Under the pieces are notes generated by a model. The model worked only from the letters and a program-made list of their open reading frames with translations. It was not told the origin of the DNA and searched no databases. A DNA stretch of 51,292 nt from Clostridia bacterium (GTDB lineage Bacteria; Bacillota; Clostridia; UMGS1883; UMGS1540): contig JAZROH010000065.1 in the NCBI GenBank assembly GCA_045648645.1, positions 1 to 51,292 on the forward strand. The letters run 5' to 3'. The position numbers were made by a program, and so were the translations under genes. Shown here piece after piece: positions 37,210-46,225 of the stretch (the stretch's first letter is position 1; every line of letters starts with the position of its first letter).

Positions 37210-38877
37210 ATGTATACAGCAGAAAGAGTTTTACATACGGTGGAAAATCTTGTGCGGGAGGGCGTTAAAAGGGCATTCCCCGAGGCAGAAATGCCTGCCT
37301 TTTTGGTGGAAGCACCAAAAGCCGATGCACATGGAGATTTTTCCACGAACGCGGCAATGCTTTTAACGAAGGCACTTCGTCGTGCCCCCAGAGATATTGC
37401 GACGGCGATTATTGAACATATGCCCGAGGATGCACTGGTTCTGCGCACAGAGGTGGCAGGACCGGGCTTTATTAACTTTTATTTAAATCCCGATTGGATT
37501 TACGGCACGCTTTCGGATATTGAAGAGAGGGGCGAGGATTTCGGGCGCATTGCGGACGGAAACGGCAAAAAGGTTATGGTGGAATTCGTAAGTGCCAACC
37601 CCACGGGCCCCATGCATATGGGTAATGCCCGCGGCGGTGCAATCGGTGATTCTTTGGCGGCACTTCTAGATATGGCAGGCTGGGAAGTGAGCCGTGAATT
37701 TTACCTGAATGATGCAGGGGCACAGATTGAAAAGTTTGGTATGAGTCTGGAAGCCCGTTACCTGCAAATCCTGACGGGGATAGAGGATTTTCCCGAGGAT
37801 GGCTATCAGGGGGCTGACATTACCGAGCTTGCGCAAGCCTATATTGACGAAAAGGGAACGGGACTTCTGGAAATGGAAAGCGATGCACGCCGTCGTGCAC
37901 TTGTGGAGTATGCGCTTCCCCAAAACATTGAGAAAATGCAGAAGGATTTGGAAAAATACAGAATCCATTATGATACATGGTATAGGGAGAGCTCCCTTTA
38001 TGAAAGCGGTGAGGTGGAAGAAACCATCGCGCTTTTAGGTGAAAAGGGGCTGACCTATACAAAAGAGGACGCTGTCTGGTTTAAGAGTACGGAATTTGGC
38101 GCGGAAAAGGACGATGTTCTTGTGCGTGCAAACGGAATTCCCACGTATTTTGCAGCAGATATCGCCTATCACAGAAATAAGCTTGCCGGACGTAATTTTG
38201 ATATGGCAATCAATATCTGGGGTGCTGACCACCACGGGCACATTGCCCGCATGAAGGGGGCAATGGAAGCCTTGGGTATTGATGCGGCGCGTTTGCATGT
38301 TATCACCATGCAGCTTGTTCGTCTTGTGGAAAAGGGTGAGGTTGTTCGTATGAGTAAGCGTACCGGAAGAATGATTACGCTTTCTGACCTTCTGGATGAA
38401 ATCGGCGTAGATGCCGCACGTTTCTTCTTTAATTTGAGACAAGCCGGCAGTCACTTTGAGTTTGATTTGGGACTTGCCGTGGAGCAGTCCAATGACAATC
38501 CTGTTTTTTATGTGCAGTATGCCTATGCGCGTATTTGCAGTATTCTCCGTCTTTTGAAGGAAGAAGGAACAGAGGTGCGTCCCTATAAGGAAATCAATGC
38601 GGCACTTCTTTCGGATGAGCATGAACGTGCGCTTATTAAAAAATTAGCAGATTTTCCGGAGGAAATCCGCGTTGCTGCCGCTTCCCTCGAGCCTTCCAGA
38701 ATTACCCGGTATGCAATGGACACGGCGGCACTTTTCCATAGCTTCTATAATGCATGCCATGTACGTACGGAGGATGCAGCGCTTACGGCGGCACGCCTTT
38801 CGCTCGTTTCGGCAACCCGCACAGTGCTTGGAAATGCCCTTCGCATGCTAGCGGTAACGGCACCGGAGAAAATGTAA
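37210..38877 (+). CDS. argS: Arginine--tRNA ligase
   Basis: AGPGFINF, EFVSANPTGPMHMGNARG, GADHHGH, MSKRTG, YVQYAYAR, C-terminal APEKM. Confidence 0.98.
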   Translation: MYTAERVLHTVENLVREGVKRAFPEAEMPAFLVEAPKADAHGDFSTNAAMLLTKALRRAPRDIATAIIEHMPEDALVLRTEVAGPGFINFYLNPDWIYGTLSDIEERGEDFGRIADGNGKKVMVEFVSANPTGPMHMGNARGGAIGDSLAALLDMAGWEVSREFYLNDAGAQIEKFGMSLEARYLQILTGIEDFPEDGYQGADITELAQAYIDEKGTGLLEMESDARRRALVEYALPQNIEKMQKDLEKYRIHYDTWYRESSLYESGEVEETIALLGEKGLTYTKEDAVWFKSTEFGAEKDDVLVRANGIPTYFAADIAYHRNKLAGRNFDMAINIWGADHHGHIARMKGAMEALGIDAARLHVITMQLVRLVEKGEVVRMSKRTGRMITLSDLLDEIGVDAARFFFNLRQAGSHFEFDLGLAVEQSNDNPVFYVQYAYARICSILRLLKEEGTEVRPYKEINAALLSDEHERALIKKLADFPEEIRVAAASLEPSRITRYAMDTAALFHSFYNACHVRTEDAALTAARLSLVSATRTVLGNALRMLAVTAPEKM

Positions 38878-38896
38878 GGAAAGAAAGGGATAAACC

Positions 38897-40315
38897 TTGA
38901 AAAAAACGCTGAAACGAATCGTTGCCGCGGCAATCGGCGCCCTTGTTTTATCAACGAACGTATGCGGGGCCACTTTAAGCGGTGAACAGGAATACAGATT
39001 TATTCACGACCTTGTGGATTTCATTGAGGCAAACGCTAAATTCCCGAAGGATAAAAACACCCTTCTCGATATAGCGCTTCACGCAAGGCTTACAAACCCT
39101 GATGCCGGCTTTAACGGCATGGTGGAAGCGGTGATGGGTTCTTTAGATGAGCATAGCGGCTATCTGACGAAGGAAACGTATACCTCTTTTATGGAAAACA
39201 GTGTTTCGGGTACATATTCCGGGGTTGGTGTTACCATTTCTATTACAGGGGATGATTTTGTTGTCATTTCCGCCCTGCCGGGCTCGCCTGCGGCGAAGGC
39301 AGGCATTGCCGCGGGGGATATTCTTGTGGCTGTGGATGATGTAAATATTGAAAATGAAGAATTTCAGGCAGTGCGGGAGAAGATTACAGGTGTGCCGGGG
39401 ACTACGGTGAAAATTACCGTCCGCCGCGGCGGCGAGCTTGTTTCCTTTACGGTACTTCGGGCTGTTTTGGAAATGGAAACGGTGGAATATGAAATTCGAG
39501 ATGGCGTAGGCTATCTGCTTCTCACAAATTTTAACGAAACAACGGCTGAGGATGTGCAGGAAGCAATTACGTATTTTGAAACTGCAGGGATAGAGGATGT
39601 TATTTTGGACCTTCGGGATAATCCGGGGGGCGAAATGTATGCTGCGCTCGATGTGTGCCGCATGTTTACCCCAAAAGGCGTTATTATGCGGGTGGAGTAT
39701 GCGGACAGCAAAAACAACCAGTTATACTATAATTCCACGGATAATAAGGGGAAATTCAACCTTGTTGTTTTAGTCAATGAAGGAAGCGCATCTGCATCCG
39801 AGCTTTTGGCAGGGGCTATTAAGGATACATCCTCCGGTCTTCTCATTGGAACACAGACCTTTGGAAAAGGAACGGTGCAGACGCTTTTGCCCATTATAAG
39901 TGGCGGCGGCATTCGCCTGACGATTGCAGAGTATAAAACCGCGGGCGGGCGTGCCATCCATCATGTGGGACTTGCGCCGGATATATATGTAAAAAACAAG
40001 AGCAAAACCGTGGATACTTCCTATATGGTACCGATGGAGCTTGCTACAGTATGGAAAGCGGGCGATACGGGCGAAGGTGTGCTCGCGCTGGAACAACGGC
40101 TCGCTTTTTGGGGGTATCTGGAGGAAGCGGATATGACGGCAGATGAAGAAACAGCGGCAGCTCTGCGGCTTTTTCAGGCGCAAAACGGACTGGAAGCCAC
40201 GGGCGAAGCAGACCTATATACACAAATGCGCCTAAACGACGCAGATTATACTGTGCCCGTGGAGCAGGATGATCAGCTCGCTGCGGCACTGGAGTATTTC
40301 AATGAAGAAGCTTAA
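38897..40315 (+). CDS. S41 carboxyl-terminal protease with PDZ and peptidoglycan-binding domains (CtpA-like)
   Basis: Signal peptide, GSPAAKAGI (PDZ), DLRDNPGG, SASASE, TFGKGTVQ, LRLFQAQNGL (PG-binding). Confidence 0.93.
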   Translation: MKKTLKRIVAAAIGALVLSTNVCGATLSGEQEYRFIHDLVDFIEANAKFPKDKNTLLDIALHARLTNPDAGFNGMVEAVMGSLDEHSGYLTKETYTSFMENSVSGTYSGVGVTISITGDDFVVISALPGSPAAKAGIAAGDILVAVDDVNIENEEFQAVREKITGVPGTTVKITVRRGGELVSFTVLRAVLEMETVEYEIRDGVGYLLLTNFNETTAEDVQEAITYFETAGIEDVILDLRDNPGGEMYAALDVCRMFTPKGVIMRVEYADSKNNQLYYNSTDNKGKFNLVVLVNEGSASASELLAGAIKDTSSGLLIGTQTFGKGTVQTLLPIISGGGIRLTIAEYKTAGGRAIHHVGLAPDIYVKNKSKTVDTSYMVPMELATVWKAGDTGEGVLALEQRLAFWGYLEEADMTADEETAAALRLFQAQNGLEATGEADLYTQMRLNDADYTVPVEQDDQLAAALEYFNEEA

Positions 40316-41345
40316 AATCGGAGGCATCCCCATGGGCGGTGGCAGCCCCATCACGGTACAAACCATGACGACGACCGACACGCGGGATGTGGAAAAAACA
40401 GTTGAACAAATTCGCCTTTTGGAAACAGCGGGGGCTGACATTGTGCGTCTTGCTGTTCCCGATATGGCGGCAGCGGAAAGCTTTGCCCGTATTAAAAAGC
40501 AGGTAAGTGTTCCGCTTGTTTGCGATATTCATTTTGATTATCGGATTGCGCTTGCCTGTATCGACGGCGGGGCGGATAAAATTCGAATAAATCCCGGCAA
40601 TATTGGCGAGGCATCGCGGGTACGAAAGGTGGCAGAAGCGGCAAAGAGCGCCGGTATTCCCATCCGCATTGGTGTAAACGGCGGGTCTTTGGAAAAAGAA
40701 ATGTATGAAAAATACGGAAACACGCCGCTTGCCATGGTGGAAAGTGCGAAATACCATGCTTCCCTTCTGGAAAAGGAGGGCTTTTCGGACATCGTTATCA
40801 GTTTGAAGGCTTCGGATGTGCAAAAAACGGTGGAGGCATATCGTTTGATGGCAAAAACCGGGGACTACCCTTTACATATCGGGGTTACTGAGGCAGGAAC
40901 GGCATATGCGGGGCTTATAAAGTCCGCGGCAGGGATCGGCAGTCTTCTTCTGGACGGCATAGGGGATACCATTCGCGTATCGCTCTCTGCTCCGCCTGAG
41001 GAAGAGGTGCGCGCAGGTATTGCGCTTCTGCGGGCAGTAGGAAAGCGGGAGGGAGCAGAACTGATTTCCTGCCCCACCTGCGGCAGATGCAAAATCGACC
41101 TTATGCCCGTAGCGCGGGAAATGGAAGCCTATCTTGCCAAAATTGACACGCCCATTCGCGTTGCGGTTATGGGCTGTGCAGTAAATGGACCGGGTGAGGC
41201 ACGGGAAGCGCATGTAGGGATTGCCGGCGGGGACGGTAAAGCGGTGCTGTTCCGGCATGGCGAAATTATTGAAAGCATTCCGGCGGAAAATATTCTGCCG
41301 GTACTTAAGGGCGAAGTGGAAAGGATAATAAAAGCGTGGAAGTAA
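40302..41345 (+). CDS. ispG: (E)-4-hydroxy-3-methylbut-2-enyl-diphosphate synthase
   Basis: VQTMTTT, DIHFD, RINPGNIG, IGVTEAG, CPTCGR, GCAVNGPGEA; start ATG 40302. Confidence 0.98.
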   Translation: MKKLKIGGIPMGGGSPITVQTMTTTDTRDVEKTVEQIRLLETAGADIVRLAVPDMAAAESFARIKKQVSVPLVCDIHFDYRIALACIDGGADKIRINPGNIGEASRVRKVAEAAKSAGIPIRIGVNGGSLEKEMYEKYGNTPLAMVESAKYHASLLEKEGFSDIVISLKASDVQKTVEAYRLMAKTGDYPLHIGVTEAGTAYAGLIKSAAGIGSLLLDGIGDTIRVSLSAPPEEEVRAGIALLRAVGKREGAELISCPTCGRCKIDLMPVAREMEAYLAKIDTPIRVAVMGCAVNGPGEAREAHVGIAGGDGKAVLFRHGEIIESIPAENILPVLKGEVERIIKAWK

Positions 41346-44300
41346 ACGGAACAAAGGCAATTGCAGAAGCTTTTAGCGGCGCACCGATACCAAAGGGCGC
41401 CGCTCAATTTCGTGTTGCCGCGCTTCGGGTAAACCCCACGCTTCGCACTATGCATACAAGCCTTGTTCTGCCGGATATTCCTGCATATGATGTGGTACGG
41501 CAACTGAAAAAGGCACTGATGGAGCACTACGCTCTGCGGGAAATCCGCACGGATTTTTCTTTTTTATCGTTGCCCGAAGAAGGAAGCCGCGGAGAGGCAC
41601 TGCGGGATTTTGTTGTGGGCGTTTTGGCAGAGGAAAAGCCGGTTTTGGAATATGTGCTGAAGGATAGCGCATGGCAGGAAAATGGGGAAGAGCTTATAAT
41701 CTGCCTCCATCACGGCGGCGCAGAGCTTTTAAAGGCCGAGGCGGCAGAGATGGAGATTGCCCGCACATTTTATGCGCTGACGGGGCAGACTGTAAAGGTG
41801 CGTTTTACAGAAGAACTTGAAGAAGTGGACCTTTCGGCAAAGCCGATGCCTATGCCGCTCCGTCCTGTAAAGGCGGAAACAAAAGAGGCGGCGCCGATTG
41901 TCGGCGGCGTCATTTTAGGCAAGGCAATTGATACGGAAACGGTGGAAATCGCCGGCATCAACGAAGGCAGCGGTCGCTGTACAGTATGCGGTGAGGTGTT
42001 TGCCGCTGAGGGACGCGATATCAAAGAAAAGAAGCTATTTACTTTTAACATAACCGATAAGACGGATTCGATTACCTGTAAGCTCTTTTTAACGCCGGAT
42101 AAGTATGATACAGTAAGCGGCGCGGTGAAAAAGGGCTCGTATATTCTGGTGCGCGGAAACGCGGTGTTTGACGCCTTCGCGGGTGAAGTGGTTTTGCGCG
42201 TGCAGGATATCGGAGAAGCCACAAAGCGGGAAAAGACAGACAATGCAGAACAAAAGCGGGTGGAACTGCATGTGCATACCCAGATGTCCAGTATGGACGG
42301 CGTTTCCAGTGCCACGGCGCTTGTAAAACAAGCAATAAAATACGGGCATCCCGCCATTGCGATTACCGACCACGGCGTTGTGCAGTCCTTCCCGGAAGCC
42401 TTTAAAGCAGCGAAAGGGTCGGATTTAAAGGTTATTTTTGGCGTAGAAGCGTATTTTGTCAACGATATAGGCGCTTCCCTCTATAAAGGTAAATCCTGGC
42501 CCATAGACGGCGAAATGGTCGCTTTTGACATTGAAACTACGGGACTAAGCCCCAAAACGGAGCGGATTACGGAAATTGGCGCGGTAAAAATCCGCGATGG
42601 TGTGATTGTGGACACCTTTTCCACCTTTGCAAACCCCGGAAAACCGATCCCGGCAAAGATTGTGGAGCTGACGGGGATTACGGATGCTATGGTGGCGGAT
42701 GCCCCTTCGGAAGAAGAGGCGGTCGGCGCATTTTTGGACTTTTGCGGCGAGGCACCGATTATTGCCCATAATGCATCCTTTGATACAAGCTTTATTCGTG
42801 CTGCCTGTCAGAGGATGGGAAGGGCGTATACACCGTCTATACTGGATACCTTGGTATTTTGTCGCGCTATGGTGATCAGTAAGCGCCAGCATTCTCTTGA
42901 CAAAATGGCAAAGTATTTCGGCGTTGAAAATCCTTCGCACCACAGAGCGGTCAATGATGCGCAGGTCTGTGCGCAGATCTGGGCGGCACTTGCCGAACAA
43001 ATTAAAGCGATGGGTGTTGTGGATATTGCCGATATTGATAAAAAGATGGCGGGGAACGTGGATATGAAAACCCTGCCCTCCTACCATATGATTTTGCTTG
43101 CGAAAAACAGACAGGGGCTTTTTAACCTGTATACGCTCATCACAAAGTCGCATATGGATTATTTCCATAAAACCCCACGCATTCCCAAAAGCGAGCTTGT
43201 CCGCTACAGAGAGGGGCTTTTGGTGGGGTCTGCCTGTGAAGCGGGGGAACTGTTTCGCGCGATGGTGGCGGAGGAAAGTGAAGCTTCGCTTCTTAAAATT
43301 GCGGATTTTTATGATTATCTGGAAATCCAGCCTATCGGCAACAATCAGTTTATGATTGCAAACGGAACGGCGGCAGACGAGGAACAACTACGGGACTATA
43401 ACCGCCGCATTATTGCCATGGGGGAAAAGCTTGGGAAACCCGTTGTGGCAACGGGAGATGTTCATTTTCTCAATAAAGAGGACGAGGTGTACCGCCGTAT
43501 CCTCATGGCAGGCAAGGGCTTTGACGATGCCGATAATCAGGCACCGCTGTATTTCCGCACAACAAATGAAATGCTGGAGGAATTCGGTTATCTCGGAGAC
43601 GCGTTGGCACGGAAGGTTGTTATTGAAAACACGAATTTGCTTGCCGATATGATTGAAAATGTGCCCCCCGTACCAAAGGAAAAATGCCCGCCGGAAATTG
43701 AAGGCTCAGATACGGATATTATGAATATGAGCCGCGAGAAGGCGGAACGCATTTACGGCACGCCCCTTCCCGAAATTGTGCAAAAGCGCATGGATAAAGA
43801 GCTGGACAGTATTATCAATAACGGTTTTGCCGTTATGTATCTTATTGCACATAAGCTTGTAAAAAAATCGAATGAGGACGGATATCTGGTTGGCTCCCGT
43901 GGATCGGTAGGGTCTTCCTTTGTGGCATTTTTGTCGGATATTACCGAGGTGAATGCCCTGCCGCCCCATTATGTATGCCCCGAGTGTAAATATAGTGAAT
44001 TCGTGGAAAATATGGCGGGGTCGGGCTGTGACCTTCCCGATAAGGTTTGTCCCAAATGCGGTGCACAGCTTTATAAAGACGGTCATGATATTCCTTTTGA
44101 AACCTTCCTTGGTTTTGACGGCGATAAGGCACCGGATATCGACCTTAATTTTTCCGGTGATTATCAGGGCGTTGCCCATAAATATACAGAGGTGCTCTTT
44201 GGCTCGGAGAATGTATTTAAGGCAGGAACAATCGGTACGCTTGCAGAAAAAACGGCGTACGGATATGTGCGAAAATACTTTGAGGAGCGGGGAAAGAGCC

Positions 44301-45553
44301 TTCGAAAAGCGGAGCTTGACAGGCTCACGCTTGGCTGTACGGGCGTAAAACGCACAACCGGACAGCATCCGGGCGGCATTGTTGTTCTCCCCAAAGGACG
44401 GGACATTAACGAATTTTGTCCCGTACAGCATCCGGCGGATAAGAGCGAGAGCGACGTGAAAACCACGCATTTCGACTATCACTCTATTGATGAAAACCTG
44501 TTAAAGCTTGATATCCTCGGGCACGACGATCCGACCGTGATTCGTATGCTTGAGGATCTTACAGGCATGGACGCAAAAAAAATTCCTCTGGATGACAAGG
44601 AAACCATGAGCCTTTTTACAAGCAAGGACGCCTTAAAGCTGAAAGAGGATATTAAAAGCACGGTAGGTACGCTTGCAATTCCCGAATTCGGGACGGGCTT
44701 CGTTCGCCAGATGCTTGTGGATACAAAGCCGAAAACCTTCTCCGACTTAATCCGCATAAGCGGACTTTCCCATGGTACGGACGTTTGGCTCGGCAATGCA
44801 CAGGATATAGTAAAAAGCGGGACAGCCACCCTTTCGGGCTGTATATGTACCCGTGACGATATTATGCTGTATTTAATTACCAAAGGGGTAGCCCCGAAGC
44901 TTTCGTTCACGATTATGGAATCGGTGCGTAAGGGTAAGGGACTAAAGCCTGAATGGGAAGAGGACATGCGCGCCCACGATGTGCCTGAATGGTATATTGA
45001 TTCCTGCAAAAAGATTAAATATATGTTCCCCAAGGCGCATGCGGCGGCATATGTAACCATGGCATTTCGCATAGCCTATTGCAAGGTGCACCATCCGCTT
45101 GCCTTTTATATGGCATATTACAGCGTTCGCGCCGATGATTTTGACTATGCCCTCATGGCAAACGGACACACCGTGGTAAAGGAAAAAATGAAGGAGCTTT
45201 CGGCGCTGGAAAGCAAAACACAAAAGGATAAAAATGTTTTGTCCATTCTGGAGGTCTGTGACGAAATGTATGCCCGGGGGTATTCCTTCTGTCCTATTGA
45301 CCTTTACGAGTCGGATGCAGAAAAGTTTCGGGAGGTAGACGGAAAAATCCTTCCACCCCTCTCCAGTATGCAGGGGCTTGGTGCTGCGGCGGCAAGAAAT
45401 ATAGCCGAGGCACGAAAAGGCGGCACGTTTCTTTCTGTGGATGACCTTGTGCAGCGTAGCGGTGCGAATAAATCGGTCATTGAAATTATGACTAAAAGCG
45501 GCGTTTTAGACGATTTACCCGAAATCAGCCAGACCACTTTGTTTGGCATATAA
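41336..45553 (+). CDS. polC: DNA polymerase III PolC-type
   Basis: VELHVHTQMS (PHP), embedded exonuclease FDIETTG...HHRA, GSRGSVGSS, PDIDLNFSG, YMFPKAHAAAY; normal length, no intein apparent. Confidence 0.99.
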   Translation: MEVNGTKAIAEAFSGAPIPKGAAQFRVAALRVNPTLRTMHTSLVLPDIPAYDVVRQLKKALMEHYALREIRTDFSFLSLPEEGSRGEALRDFVVGVLAEEKPVLEYVLKDSAWQENGEELIICLHHGGAELLKAEAAEMEIARTFYALTGQTVKVRFTEELEEVDLSAKPMPMPLRPVKAETKEAAPIVGGVILGKAIDTETVEIAGINEGSGRCTVCGEVFAAEGRDIKEKKLFTFNITDKTDSITCKLFLTPDKYDTVSGAVKKGSYILVRGNAVFDAFAGEVVLRVQDIGEATKREKTDNAEQKRVELHVHTQMSSMDGVSSATALVKQAIKYGHPAIAITDHGVVQSFPEAFKAAKGSDLKVIFGVEAYFVNDIGASLYKGKSWPIDGEMVAFDIETTGLSPKTERITEIGAVKIRDGVIVDTFSTFANPGKPIPAKIVELTGITDAMVADAPSEEEAVGAFLDFCGEAPIIAHNASFDTSFIRAACQRMGRAYTPSILDTLVFCRAMVISKRQHSLDKMAKYFGVENPSHHRAVNDAQVCAQIWAALAEQIKAMGVVDIADIDKKMAGNVDMKTLPSYHMILLAKNRQGLFNLYTLITKSHMDYFHKTPRIPKSELVRYREGLLVGSACEAGELFRAMVAEESEASLLKIADFYDYLEIQPIGNNQFMIANGTAADEEQLRDYNRRIIAMGEKLGKPVVATGDVHFLNKEDEVYRRILMAGKGFDDADNQAPLYFRTTNEMLEEFGYLGDALARKVVIENTNLLADMIENVPPVPKEKCPPEIEGSDTDIMNMSREKAERIYGTPLPEIVQKRMDKELDSIINNGFAVMYLIAHKLVKKSNEDGYLVGSRGSVGSSFVAFLSDITEVNALPPHYVCPECKYSEFVENMAGSGCDLPDKVCPKCGAQLYKDGHDIPFETFLGFDGDKAPDIDLNFSGDYQGVAHKYTEVLFGSENVFKAGTIGTLAEKTAYGYVRKYFEERGKSLRKAELDRLTLGCTGVKRTTGQHPGGIVVLPKGRDINEFCPVQHPADKSESDVKTTHFDYHSIDENLLKLDILGHDDPTVIRMLEDLTGMDAKKIPLDDKETMSLFTSKDALKLKEDIKSTVGTLAIPEFGTGFVRQMLVDTKPKTFSDLIRISGLSHGTDVWLGNAQDIVKSGTATLSGCICTRDDIMLYLITKGVAPKLSFTIMESVRKGKGLKPEWEEDMRAHDVPEWYIDSCKKIKYMFPKAHAAAYVTMAFRIAYCKVHHPLAFYMAYYSVRADDFDYALMANGHTVVKEKMKELSALESKTQKDKNVLSILEVCDEMYARGYSFCPIDLYESDAEKFREVDGKILPPLSSMQGLGAAAARNIAEARKGGTFLSVDDLVQRSGANKSVIEIMTKSGVLDDLPEISQTTLFGI

Positions 45554-45614
45554 CAAGGAAGCTGCGGCGAAAAACTTTGCGAAAACACTTTTTGATAAAA
45601 AAATAAAAAAATGC

Positions 45615-45643
45615 TTGACAAAAAGAGCAGGACGTGCTATACT
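45615..45643 (+). promoter_or_regulatory. Sigma-A promoter of tRNA-Thr
   Basis: TTGACA-N17-TATACT with TG extension. Confidence 0.85.
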
Positions 45644-45660
45644 ATGAAGGTGGCAAAAAT

Positions 45661-45736
<76 letters not shown>

Positions 45737-45737
45737 T

Positions 45738-45776
45738 AAAAAAGACAGATTTCTTAGTGAAATCTGTCTTTTTTTG
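45738..45776 (+). terminator. Terminator of tRNA-Thr
   Basis: AAAAAGACAGATTT-CTTAGTG-AAATCTGTCTTTTTTT. Confidence 0.85.
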
Positions 45777-45778
45777 TC

Positions 45779-45884
45779 GCTGTAAATCTCTAACGAGATT
45801 TACAGCATATCGAGTTTGAACGAAGTGAAAACATATCGAATTTACGAAGTAAAGATATCGAGCAAACAAAGTTTACATATCGAC
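45779..45884. repeat. Hairpin plus ATATCGA short-repeat array with mini-hairpin spacers
   Basis: 12-bp stem GCTGTAAATCTC/GAGATTTACAGC, then ATATCGA at 45807, 45833, 45855 and 45877. Confidence 0.8.
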
Positions 45885-45918
45885 GCTAGGTCATTTTGCT
45901 AAAAAATTATAAAAAATA

Positions 45919-45947
45919 TTGATTAAATAAGGAAAATGTGGTATTAT
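45919..45947 (+). promoter_or_regulatory. Putative sigma-A promoter of the structured RNA
   Basis: TTGATT-N17-TATTAT with TGTG extension; predicted start ~45954. Confidence 0.65.
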
Positions 45948-45953
45948 AAATAT

Positions 45954-46115
45954 GCTAAACAGATTTAATAATTTTATAATGCGGTGTTATCTTTATTTTT
46001 TTGCGGGCATTTTATGCCCTTATTTGTCGTGCTCAATCATTATGAATTTGATAAAAATGCGAACTTCATTTGATTGAGTGAGTAAAGATAACCCATTCTA
46101 TTAAATCTGTTTAGC
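45954..46115 (+). ncRNA. Candidate structured ncRNA / cis-regulatory leader (family not recognised)
   Basis: Perfect 17-bp closing stem 45954-45970/46099-46115 enclosing three further helices. Confidence 0.6.
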
Positions 46116-46138
46116 GACTATCGGAGTTTGCGTTTTTT

Positions 46139-46167
46139 ATGCGTCTGCTTCGGTAGGCGCATTTTTT
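46139..46167 (+). terminator. Intrinsic terminator between the structured RNA and the downstream genes
   Basis: ATGCGTCTGC-TTCG-GTAGGCGCAT followed by a T-run. Confidence 0.8.
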
Positions 46168-46225
46168 ATTTAGGAGGTGTTTTTACAGGATTTTATGCAG
46201 AAAATAACAGAAAGGAGGGAAGAAA

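Noticed and set aside
41336-45553. Intein or frameshift in polC
   Set aside because: Continuous ORF of normal PolC length; no intein motifs noticed.
45779-45884. Possible mini-CRISPR array
   Set aside because: Repeats are only 7 bp, spacers are 15-19 bp and self-complementary, and no cas genes are present; reported instead as a REP-like array.
45954-46115. Retron msr-msd (terminal inverted repeats resemble a1/a2)
   Set aside because: No reverse transcriptase in the window and no recognisable branching-G/msd arrangement.
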